Assembly: GCA_938084645.1 (NCBI GenBank)
Contig: CALKEP010000040.1
Coordinates: 1 to 49,285, forward strand
DNA from: an uncultured Phycisphaerales bacterium
GTDB taxonomy: Bacteria; Planctomycetota; Phycisphaerae; Phycisphaerales; SM1A02
Direction of reading: 5' to 3'
Length of the DNA stretch: 49,285 nucleotides
Each line of letters begins with the position of its first letter. Within the stretch, counting starts at the first letter, position 1. Under the pieces are notes generated by a model that saw nothing but the letters and a program-made list of their open reading frames with translations, had not been told where the DNA came from and searched no databases. Position numbers and translations under genes: made by a program. Below, piece by piece: positions 18,357-27,245 of this stretch.

Positions 18357-19592
18357 TCAGCCGAAACCGATCCTCGAGCCACGAGCCGCGGCCTTCGACT
18401 CGATCGCGGGGCTCGGTTCGGGGATGGCGAGCGAGCCGCCGGCCACCACGACGCGGGGAATCCGCGAGGAGAGCCCGCAGAGGAGTTCGTAGGGCATCAC
18501 CTCCGCCCGGGCCGCGACCCGGGGAAGTGAGACCGCGGAGTCGGGGTCGGCGCTCACCACTTCGACGGAGGCGTCGTCATCGACGGGGCCGACCTCCGTG
18601 AGATCCACCACGCACTGATCCATGTTCATGCGACCGAGCACCGGCGCCGTGACGGGGCCGTGCTTGCCGTGGACCACCACCCGATGGGCGCCGAGCCTGC
18701 TCGACGGCAGACCATCCGCGTATCCGACGGGCACGAGTCCGGCGACGGTCTCGCGATCGATTCGCTCGGTGCATCCGTAGCCGATGGTTCGTCCAGCCGG
18801 GATGCGTCTGATCTGGATGAGGCGCGACCACCAGGAGATCGCCGGGCGGAGCCGAAGGCCGGACCGATCCGTCGACACGGGACGTGGAAGATGGCCGGTC
18901 CACCCGAGACCGATCCTCGCCATGTCGAAACGGAGCGAGGCATCCTGCAGGGCGGCGGTCGCGGAGACGTGCCGGACGGCGTCCTCGGGAACGAGATCGT
19001 GGACCTCGTCGAGGAAACGGCGGAAACGCCGTCCGCGATCGCGGGCGGTGTCGGGATCGTCGAGGGCATCGGGCAGGTGCGTCATCACGCCCGCGAGCCG
19101 CAGCCGCCGACTGCCCGCGACGAACTCGAGGATCCGGCGGGCATCGGGCTCCTCGCAGCCCCCCCGACCCATTCCGGTGTCGAGTTCGAGATGAACGGGA
19201 AGGACGATTCCGAGTGGTGCCGCCTCGGCTTCCAGATCTCGGACCTGTTCCAGCGTGTGGGCGGTGTAGTGCAGGCGACCCGCGGCCAGCAGGTGCATCG
19301 CCGCCCCCCCCCGGTCGAGCTGATGGACCGGCATGAGCACGAGGACGGAGGCACCATGGGCTGCCGTGGCGACCTCGATGGCCTCCTGAGGCTGGTAGGC
19401 CGCGAAACTCCGGATACCCATCGAGGCCATCGAGCCGGCGATTCGAGCGGCTCCGAGGCCGTAGGCGTCGGATTTGACGACGGCACAGATCCGATCGGGT
19501 GCCGAATGACCACCGCCGAGAAGCCGGGCGATCGCCACGAGGTTCCCCTCCAGCGCGGCCAGGTCGATTCGAATGGAACTGGTCGTGGTCAT
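18357..19592 (-). CDS. alr: Alanine racemase
   Basis: AVVKSDAYGLG (PLP lysine), DTGMGR, IGYG (catalytic Tyr), GYADG, GRMNMDQ, YELLC; likely ATG at 19592. Confidence 0.88.
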   Translation of the reverse strand: MTTTSSIRIDLAALEGNLVAIARLLGGGHSAPDRICAVVKSDAYGLGAARIAGSMASMGIRSFAAYQPQEAIEVATAAHGASVLVLMPVHQLDRGGAAMHLLAAGRLHYTAHTLEQVRDLEAEAAPLGIVLPVHLELDTGMGRGGCEEPDARRILEFVAGSRRLRLAGVMTHLPDALDDPDTARDRGRRFRRFLDEVHDLVPEDAVRHVSATAALQDASLRFDMARIGLGWTGHLPRPVSTDRSGLRLRPAISWWSRLIQIRRIPAGRTIGYGCTERIDRETVAGLVPVGYADGLPSSRLGAHRVVVHGKHGPVTAPVLGRMNMDQCVVDLTEVGPVDDDASVEVVSADPDSAVSLPRVAARAEVMPYELLCGLSSRIPRVVVAGGSLAIPEPSPAIESKAAARGSRIGFG

Positions 19593-19708
19593 GAAGAGTC
19601 CGAAAAGTCGGGGACTCGGGCAAGGTACCACCGGGATCCGCCGCGGTGGGGTGCCCTCTGCGGGTAGTATCGACGGATTGAACCGGCGTTCATCAATGAG
19701 CGTCGGAT

Positions 19709-21145
19709 GTGACGCCTCAGCGAGTTCCACCTTTGACGACTTCGACGGACAAGACCCCGCCCCGTGAGAACGACCCCTCCCCCGAATCCGTCGCCACCCA
19801 GGCGAGGGAGGAGGCCGAGGAGACGTTCGACACTTCCAAGACCTTCGCCGACCTGGGCCTGCCGGACGACGTCCTGAAGGGAATCACCGAGAGCGGGTTC
19901 GTGCACCCCACGAAGATCCAGGCCTCGCTGATCCCCGCGGCGCTCGCCGGACGCCATGTCCTCGGGCAGGCGAAGACCGGGACCGGCAAGACCGCCGCCT
20001 TCGGACTCCCGCTGCTCGCGGCGATCGAGCCCGGTGACCACTTCGCCTCGCTCATCCTGGTCCCGACACGAGAGCTCGCGATCCAGGTCGCGCAGGAGAT
20101 CAAGGATCTCGGCGCCGGCACGCCATTGCACGTCCTCCCCGTCTACGGCGGCCAGCGCATCACCGCGCAGGCGCCGAAGCTCGAGCGCGGACCCGAGATC
20201 GTCGTCGGCACGCCCGGCCGCGTGATGGATCTTCACGAACGAAGGATGCTTCCCTACGACACGGTCCGCGTCGCGGTGCTCGACGAGGTCGACCGCATGC
20301 TCGACATCGGCTTCCGAGACGACATCCGGAAGATCCTCGGTGGGATGAAGCAGCGGCCGCAGACGATCTTCGTGAGCGCGACGATCTCCCCCGAGATCGA
20401 GAAGCTCGCCCGGTCCTACATGAAGGACCCGGTCAAGATCGTCAGCAAGGAGAAGAGCCTGACCGTCGCCCGGGTCAAGCAGTCATGGATCAACGTCGAA
20501 CGGTGGGACAAGCGGAAGATGCTCCACCATCTCCTCGTCCACGAGACGCCGGAGCTGACCGTGGTCTTCTGCCGCACCAAGCGGACCGTGGACGACGTCA
20601 CCAAGTTCCTCAATCGCAAGGACATCGCGGCCCATGCGATCCACGGCGACCTGATCCAGAGCCAGCGCAACAAGGTCATGGAGCGGCTTCGCGGCGGAAA
20701 GCTCTCCGTCCTGGTCGCCAGCGACCTGGCCGCCCGCGGGCTCGATGTCGATGGCATCAGCCACGTCATCAACTACGACCTTCCCGAGGACCCCGAGGTC
20801 TACGTCCACCGGATCGGCCGGACCGCTCGCGCCGGCCGGAAGGGCGTGGCGTGGAGCCTGGTGAGCCCCGACCAGGGCGATCTCCTCACCAACTGCGAGA
20901 TGCTCGCGAACATCGAGATCCCCCAGCAGGTCTACGAGGACTTCGTGCCGGGCACCGTGCCTGCGGACGTCCGGGCCGAGAAGGAACTCGCCGAGAAGCG
21001 GGTGCAGGATCGCGAGGCATCCGTGAAGCGAACCGAAGCGCCCCCGGTCAAGGCCGACGACACCGCGGCCTTCCCCGGCGGCATCGTGCCCACCAAGATG
21101 CCCGCCCGCCGGATGCAGGGCAAGGTCCGAACCCGACGCCGATGA
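19709..21145 (+). CDS. DEAD-box RNA helicase (CshA/DeaD-like)
   Basis: Q motif, TGTGKT, PTRELA, TPGR, DEVD, SAT, ARGLD, HRIGRTAR. Start uncertain (GTG 19709 or TTG 19733). Confidence 0.93.
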   Translation: MTPQRVPPLTTSTDKTPPRENDPSPESVATQAREEAEETFDTSKTFADLGLPDDVLKGITESGFVHPTKIQASLIPAALAGRHVLGQAKTGTGKTAAFGLPLLAAIEPGDHFASLILVPTRELAIQVAQEIKDLGAGTPLHVLPVYGGQRITAQAPKLERGPEIVVGTPGRVMDLHERRMLPYDTVRVAVLDEVDRMLDIGFRDDIRKILGGMKQRPQTIFVSATISPEIEKLARSYMKDPVKIVSKEKSLTVARVKQSWINVERWDKRKMLHHLLVHETPELTVVFCRTKRTVDDVTKFLNRKDIAAHAIHGDLIQSQRNKVMERLRGGKLSVLVASDLAARGLDVDGISHVINYDLPEDPEVYVHRIGRTARAGRKGVAWSLVSPDQGDLLTNCEMLANIEIPQQVYEDFVPGTVPADVRAEKELAEKRVQDREASVKRTEAPPVKADDTAAFPGGIVPTKMPARRMQGKVRTRRR

Positions 21146-22176
21146 GCAGCCCCTCCGACGGCTTCGTTCGAACCCACCCCGAGATCGCGGACGCCCTCGC
21201 CGAGGGACGTCCCGTGGTCGGCCTCGAGACCGCGGTGCTCACCCACGGGCTCCCCCGGACCGGCCGTGCCACGCCCGACTGCCTGCGTCCCGACGGCCGC
21301 ATCGCCGGACTGCTCGGAGACGACGTCCGCTGGGACGACGGCGCCCCCCTCAACCTGCAGGCCGTGTCGCTCGTGTCGCAGGCGGTGCGACAGGCGAACG
21401 CCGTGCCCGCGGTGATCGCGATGATCGACGGCGTGCTGCGGATCGGGCTCGACGACGACGAACTCGCCGCCCTCGCACTCGATGAGTCCGCCCGCAAGGC
21501 GAGCAACCGTGACTTCGCGGCGCTTTCCGTCTCCGGCGCCTCCGCTGGAACCACGGTCGCAGCCTCCATGCACGCCTGCGGCCTGGCCGCGCCGGAGCCG
21601 ATCCGCGTCTTCGCCACCGGCGGCATCGGGGGGGTGCATCGCGGCTGGACCGAACGCCCCGACGTCTCCGCGGATCTTCGCGCGCTCGGCTCGGAGCCGG
21701 TCGTGGTCGTGGCCTCCGGGGCCAAGGTGATCCTCGACCTCCCCGCCACGCTGGAGATGCTCGACACCCTCGGCGTGCCGGTCATCGGGTACCGGACCGA
21801 CGCCCTTCCGATCTTCACCGTCGGGCTCAGCGAGGAACTCGAGGTCCCCCACCGACTCGACTCCGCGGATGCGATCGCGGACGCCTGCCGGCGTCACTGG
21901 GGCGAATTCGCCCAGTCGTCCGGCATGCTCGTCGCGAACCCCTGCCCCGCCGAGGAAGCGATCGATCCCCACCGGATGGACGTGCTCGTCGACGCGGGCC
22001 TCGCGGAGGCGGCGGCCCAGGGCATCGACGGCTCCGGGGTCACGCCGTTCCTTCTCGGGTCGATGATCGCCGATGCGGAGGTCGATCCGGTCTCCGCGAA
22101 TCTCGCCCTCCTCATCGCCAACGCGTCCCTCGCGGGCGAGATCGCGAACGCCTGGTCGGCCGACCGATCCGTTTGA
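21142..22176 (+). CDS. psuG: Pseudouridine-5'-phosphate glycosidase
   Basis: Motifs VGLETAVLTHGLP, GTTVA, FATGGIGGVHRG, DVSADL, SGAKVILD, VTPFLL; ATGA overlap with the helicase. Confidence 0.9.
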   Translation: MSSPSDGFVRTHPEIADALAEGRPVVGLETAVLTHGLPRTGRATPDCLRPDGRIAGLLGDDVRWDDGAPLNLQAVSLVSQAVRQANAVPAVIAMIDGVLRIGLDDDELAALALDESARKASNRDFAALSVSGASAGTTVAASMHACGLAAPEPIRVFATGGIGGVHRGWTERPDVSADLRALGSEPVVVVASGAKVILDLPATLEMLDTLGVPVIGYRTDALPIFTVGLSEELEVPHRLDSADAIADACRRHWGEFAQSSGMLVANPCPAEEAIDPHRMDVLVDAGLAEAAAQGIDGSGVTPFLLGSMIADAEVDPVSANLALLIANASLAGEIANAWSADRSV

Positions 22177-22498
22177 CAACCCCGGGGTCGTCCTGCTCTA
22201 CTTCGGATCGCGTCGAGCGGAGCGAGCCCTGCGGGTGGACGCCTTCTCCCGCCGCCTGGAAATGCCCTCGACGCACCACCGTCCAACGTGGTGCACGACG
22301 AAGGCGACGCAGCAAACGAGATCCCCAGGGCGGAAGCGGCGGGGTCATGCTCCCCAACGATGGTCGGCACCGGTGCCTCGATCCGCCGGATCCGAAACGA
22401 CCCTCTCCCGACGTTCGCAGCCTCCCGGCCGAAACGTCCCTCGACGGATTCCACACCGTCGATTCCCGGCCCGCGAAGATCGGCAGGCGACACGATTC

Positions 22499-23626
22499 AT
22501 GACGAGTTTCACCGGCATCCTCGACGTTCCCAAGGGCTCCGAACCCCGCCTCCGACAGATGGGCGACGGGCTGGTCGTGGACGATGCAGATCCCTTCGTT
22601 CCGGCTGAATTGCTCGAGGAATTCACGCTCCGTCCCTCGCAGCAGCTCGAAGTGGAGGTCGTGGCGCGGAAGCCCCGCCGCCGACGACGTTCCGGCGGGA
22701 GACCGCCGCGACCCACCGTCGATCGAATCCTGCGAATCGAGGGCCTCGATCTCGACGCGTACCAGGCGCGGAAGCCGTTCGAGGAACTCACGCCGATCGA
22801 TCCCGCGCCCCGCATGTCGCTCGAGCATCGAGGCTGCCCTCCCGCGTGCCGGCTCATCGATCTCTTCTGTCCGATCGGCTACGGGACCCGCGGTCTGATC
22901 GTCGCCCCACCGAAGGCGGGCAAGACGATCCTCCTGCAGCAGATCGCGATGGGGATCAAGCAGAATCATCCGGATGTGGACGTCGTCGCCCTCCTGATCG
23001 ACGAGCGACCGGAGGAGGTCACGGACTTCCGCCGGAACGTTCCCGCGGAAGTGCTCGCCTCGAGCAACGACATGGACGTGGACACCCACTGCCGGCTGGG
23101 AATGCTCGCGATCGAGCGGGCGAAGCGGAAACTCGAAGCGGGCCGGGACGTCGTGGTGCTGCTCGACTCGATCACCCGGCTCGGACGCGCCTTCAACAAC
23201 TCCCGCTCCTTCCGCCAGAGCGGCCGGACCATGTCGGGCGGCCTCGACTCGCGGGCCATGGAGATTCCGAAGCAGTTGTTCGGTGCGGCCCGGAAGGTCG
23301 AGGAGGGTGGCTCGCTCACCATCATCGCCAGCTGCCTGGTGGACACCGGAAGCCGGGCCGACCAGGTCATCTTCGAGGAGTTCAAGGGCACCGGGAACAT
23401 GGAACTGATCCTGGACCGGAGCATCGCGGAGCGCCGACTCTTCCCCGCGATCAATCTCGCCGCGAGCGGGACCCGGAAGGAGAATCTCCTGATGGGCGAA
23501 CGGGAACTGAAGACCTGCACCGCCCTCCGTCGCCGGCTCACCTCGATGCCACCGCCCGCCCAGATCGAGCAACTTCTGCGTGCGATCGAGCGATATCCGG
23601 ACAACGAGGCGATGGTTTCCGCCTGA
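22499..23626 (+). CDS. rho: Transcription termination factor Rho, short form lacking the N-terminal helical domain
   Basis: Motifs IVAPPKAGKT, LIDERPEEVTD, LDSITRL, SGGLD, FEEFKGTGNME, SGTRKE; ATG at 22499. Confidence 0.9.
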   Translation: MTSFTGILDVPKGSEPRLRQMGDGLVVDDADPFVPAELLEEFTLRPSQQLEVEVVARKPRRRRRSGGRPPRPTVDRILRIEGLDLDAYQARKPFEELTPIDPAPRMSLEHRGCPPACRLIDLFCPIGYGTRGLIVAPPKAGKTILLQQIAMGIKQNHPDVDVVALLIDERPEEVTDFRRNVPAEVLASSNDMDVDTHCRLGMLAIERAKRKLEAGRDVVVLLDSITRLGRAFNNSRSFRQSGRTMSGGLDSRAMEIPKQLFGAARKVEEGGSLTIIASCLVDTGSRADQVIFEEFKGTGNMELILDRSIAERRLFPAINLAASGTRKENLLMGERELKTCTALRRRLTSMPPPAQIEQLLRAIERYPDNEAMVSA

Positions 23627-23678
23627 TCGCGCGGGATTCCGACGCGCACGCCCGGCCGAATCAGGCGATACTCATCGC

Positions 23679-25034
23679 ATGGCCAGTGGAAGCGACAATC
23701 GACGGAACAACGTCCGCGCGGGGCTGTTCACCCTCTCGGCGATCCTCCTCTTCTTCGCGACCCTGGTCGTCCTGAACAGCGGCTGGCTGTCGTCGATCCT
23801 CGGGAGCTTCAATCGCTACGTGGTTCGCTTCGATCTCGCCGACGGCGTGTCTGGCCTCAGCGCCGGATCCCAGGTCCGGGTCGGCGGACTGGCCCGGGGC
23901 GCGGTGACCGGAATCGAGCTGGTCGGGTTCGAAGACGGGAAGCAGCCCACCGCGCTGGTGAGCTTCGAGGTGGACGAGGCGATCGAACTCTGGTCCAACG
24001 CGGTCGCGATTCGCACCGCTTCGATCCTCGGTGGCGGAAGCTGGATCAACATCTCGACCGTGGGCGGCGCGGACGTCGTGACCGCCGCGCCCACCTCCAA
24101 GAACGGCGGGACGGCGGAACGCCTTCCCACCGACGGGAGTGGAATCATCGACGCGACGCCCGGGGACGGCCTGCTCACGACCATGGTCGGTGGCGAGAAC
24201 GCCGCGACCACGCGGCAGATCCTCACCAACGTCTCCAACCTGACCGGCTTCGTCGACTCGAAGGTCAAGCCCGTGTTCGACGATCAGATCGAACCCGCGC
24301 TGGTCGACGCACGGGCCGTGGTGGGAGACGTCCGCCGCGACTACGGCACGTGGAGCGGAACCATCGGACGAACCCTCGACAACGTCGAGACGGCGTCATC
24401 CGATCTCGGAGCCGCGATGGGAGATGCCCAGACGGCGATGGCCGAGGTCCGAGCGGATCTCCGCCTGGTCAGCGAACTCGTGCAACGGAACATCGGTCGG
24501 ATCGACGAGGCCGTCGCCAATCTGGAGGTGATCACCGAGAACGGTGTCGCCATCACTCGTCGCATCAAGGACGACACCCTCGCCCGCGTGGACGAAGCCC
24601 TCGACGGTGGTGTCACGGCGATCGACGACGCCTCCCGCATTCTCCAGAGCCTCGAGATCCAGCTCACCGCGGCGATGCCGTCGATCCGGGCCGTCCTCCA
24701 GGACGCCATGGTCGCCGCGGGCGAGTTGAAGCTCGCCACGATCGAGATCCGCCGCAGTCCCTGGCGGATCCTCTACAAGCCCTCCCCGGACGAACTGGCG
24801 AACGAGAACCTCTTCGCAGCCGCGCGGGACTTCACGATCGCCGCGAGCGAGGCCCGAGTCGCGGCAGAGACCTTCCAATCCGTGCTGACGAATCACCCGG
24901 ATCGCATCGAAGACGACCCGGAGCTGCAGGCGATGATCGAACGGTTCCTCGCCGATACCTTGAAGCGACTCGAGGACGCCCAATCCCGACTGTTCTCCGT
25001 CATCATCGGCGATCAGACCCGAGACGACTCCTGA
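23679..25034 (+). CDS. MlaD/MCE-family protein with long helical C-terminus
   Basis: N-terminal anchor (NNVRAGLF), GLSAGSQVRVGG MCE motif, coiled-coil region, RRSPWR. Confidence 0.82.
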   Translation: MASGSDNRRNNVRAGLFTLSAILLFFATLVVLNSGWLSSILGSFNRYVVRFDLADGVSGLSAGSQVRVGGLARGAVTGIELVGFEDGKQPTALVSFEVDEAIELWSNAVAIRTASILGGGSWINISTVGGADVVTAAPTSKNGGTAERLPTDGSGIIDATPGDGLLTTMVGGENAATTRQILTNVSNLTGFVDSKVKPVFDDQIEPALVDARAVVGDVRRDYGTWSGTIGRTLDNVETASSDLGAAMGDAQTAMAEVRADLRLVSELVQRNIGRIDEAVANLEVITENGVAITRRIKDDTLARVDEALDGGVTAIDDASRILQSLEIQLTAAMPSIRAVLQDAMVAAGELKLATIEIRRSPWRILYKPSPDELANENLFAAARDFTIAASEARVAAETFQSVLTNHPDRIEDDPELQAMIERFLADTLKRLEDAQSRLFSVIIGDQTRDDS

Positions 25035-25056
25035 TCCGGCGGAGGACCGTCCCACC

Positions 25057-26388
25057 ATGGCTGCTTCAGATCGATCTTCCGGACAGCAACGCGTCGCCGG
25101 TGGCGTGGTCCTGGTCGCGATCCTCGGAACGGCGTGGGCTGCCACCAGCATCCCCCGACTCTTCGAGGCGTCCCGCGTGTCGTACGTGGCGACCACGAAC
25201 ACGATCGGCGGTGCCGCGGGACTGGAGCCCGGTGGCCCCGTGCTCTACGGCGGCGCTCCGCGCGGGATGATCACCTCCATCGAGACGAGCCTCCCCGACG
25301 GGGCGGCGGTCGGCGAGATCAGGATCGCCTTCGAACTCGACCGATCCCTCCCCCTCGCGCAGAACGCATCCATCGTCAGATCGGTGGGGATCGCCGGAAG
25401 CGGCGGTGCGTTGTCCGTGATCGCCCCCGGAGATCCCGCGTTCGCCTTCGCCGGCGACGTTCGCAGGGTGATTCCCCTGAACCACGGATCCGTCGCCCCC
25501 GCCGACGGACTGATGGTCCTGCTCGGTCGGCGGAACGCCGAGATGCTTCGCTCGATCCAGACTTCGCTGCAGGCCCTCGACGAGGACCTGGGGCCACGGA
25601 TGGACCAACTCGCGAAGATCGCTCGTTCGATCCGCACGTTGCTCGATCAATTGGAACTGGACGTGGAGTCCGAAGATCTGCAGGAGTCGATCAGGACTCG
25701 CGTCGCCGTGATCATCCGTCGGTTGCAGACGGACCTTCCCGAACTCCAGCGTTCCCTGATCTCGAGCGGCAACGCGATGCGGGCGCTCGAGCAGGACGTC
25801 CGGCAGGACGGCAGCCGGATCCGACGCTCGGTCGCCGTCGCGACTCGGAATCTCGACGAGATGCAGACGGCCGCCGACGACATCGAGGCCACGACGAGGG
25901 CGACCATCCTGCCGAAGGTGCTCCAGATCCGTCGAGCGAGCCTCCAGGCGGTCCTCGATTCGGAACGCGTGCTGGCCGACGGCACCGCGCTTCTTTCCGA
26001 GGCCTCCACCTCGATCCCCAAGGCCCTCGCGAACATGAAGCTCGCGGGCGGCCAGCTCACCCTCGCCTTCGAGAATCTCCTGGGGCTGGCCCTCGAGGCG
26101 ATCATGATCAGCCCCGACGTCGACAGCGAGACCCGCCGACGTCTGCTCGAAGCCGTGAACAGCGCGGTGCGGGCCGGCATGGACGCGCGCCTTGCGGCCG
26201 ACCGCATGCGGAATCTCACCAAGATCGACCCCTCGCGCTTCGAGGCCGATCCGGATTCGCTGAACGCCTTCGTCGAACCGTTTCAAGCGGCGGTGAACCG
26301 CCTCGATGCGATCCTCGACCAACTCTCCCGGACGGTCGCCGACGCGGTCGTCGCCGACGGGGATGCCCCGCCCACCCCGGCTCCGTGA
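25057..26388 (+). CDS. MlaD/MCE-family protein (divergent second copy)
   Basis: N-terminal TM, GLEPGGPVLYGG MCE-like motif, long helical tail; SD GGAGGA. Confidence 0.72.
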   Translation: MAASDRSSGQQRVAGGVVLVAILGTAWAATSIPRLFEASRVSYVATTNTIGGAAGLEPGGPVLYGGAPRGMITSIETSLPDGAAVGEIRIAFELDRSLPLAQNASIVRSVGIAGSGGALSVIAPGDPAFAFAGDVRRVIPLNHGSVAPADGLMVLLGRRNAEMLRSIQTSLQALDEDLGPRMDQLAKIARSIRTLLDQLELDVESEDLQESIRTRVAVIIRRLQTDLPELQRSLISSGNAMRALEQDVRQDGSRIRRSVAVATRNLDEMQTAADDIEATTRATILPKVLQIRRASLQAVLDSERVLADGTALLSEASTSIPKALANMKLAGGQLTLAFENLLGLALEAIMISPDVDSETRRRLLEAVNSAVRAGMDARLAADRMRNLTKIDPSRFEADPDSLNAFVEPFQAAVNRLDAILDQLSRTVADAVVADGDAPPTPAP

Positions 26389-27230
26389 TCACCACCATCG
26401 TCGATCCCGAAGATCCCCGCCTCGATCCGTTCCGCCGGATCCGGGACCGGGATCTTCGCGCGGATGGCGGTCGCTTCGTCGTCGAGTCGCCTCGGGTGGT
26501 CTCGCGCTTCCTCGCGGCGGTCCGCGAGGATCGAGCACGCGTCGACGCGGTGCTGCTCGCACCGGAACAGAAGCTCGTCGATCCCGATGAGATCACCGCG
26601 CCCGTGTTTCTCGCCGATCTCGAACTCATGACCGCGGTGAGCGGATACCACTTCCACGGTGGCGCGATCGCGATCGGCATCAGGCCGCGACGCGAACCGA
26701 ATCTCGCCGATCTCGTGGCGAGGCTCCCCACCGCGGGCCCGACGACCCTCGTCGCCCTCGCCGGAGTGACCTCGATGGACAACATCGGCGGCATCTTCCG
26801 CATCGCGGCCGCACTCGGCGCCTCGGGCATCGTGCTCGACGACGATGCGTCCGACCCCATGCTTCGGCGAACGATTCGAATCTCGATGGGACAGGTCTTC
26901 CGGGTCCCTTGGGCCCGGACCGGCACGTTCGCCGAGGCGATACCCGAGCTCGCCTCGACCGCGGACATCGAGACGATCGCGATCGAGAATCTCGACGAAG
27001 CCACGCCGCTTCACGACGCGACGTTCCCCGAGCGGGTCATGTTGGTCATCGGCAACGAGGGACACGGCATCCCGCCGGCGATCCTCACCCGGTGCCCGAA
27101 TCGGATTCGAATCGAAGGCCCCCCCGATCTTCCGTCGGAGGAGGGTCCGGGTGGCGAGGACGAACGATCGCTGAACGCCGCGACCGCGGCCGCCATCGCG
27201 CTCCATGCGGCGCTGCGACCTCGCGACTGA
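26385..27230 (+). CDS. TrmH/SpoU-family RNA 2'-O-methyltransferase
   Basis: GTG at 26385 overlapping the upstream stop; SPOUT motifs NIGGIFRIAAALG, GNEGHG, SLNAATA. Confidence 0.88.
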   Translation: MITTIVDPEDPRLDPFRRIRDRDLRADGGRFVVESPRVVSRFLAAVREDRARVDAVLLAPEQKLVDPDEITAPVFLADLELMTAVSGYHFHGGAIAIGIRPRREPNLADLVARLPTAGPTTLVALAGVTSMDNIGGIFRIAAALGASGIVLDDDASDPMLRRTIRISMGQVFRVPWARTGTFAEAIPELASTADIETIAIENLDEATPLHDATFPERVMLVIGNEGHGIPPAILTRCPNRIRIEGPPDLPSEEGPGGEDERSLNAATAAAIALHAALRPRD

Positions 27231-27245
27231 TCCTTCGGAAGCGAC

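Noticed and set aside
25134..26384. Apparent 417-aa N-terminal extension of the TrmH ORF; similar extensions on psuG, rho, rplM, rpsR and the TPR gene
   Set aside because: These are open alternate frames over upstream genes or leaders; downstream starts match the family N-termini.
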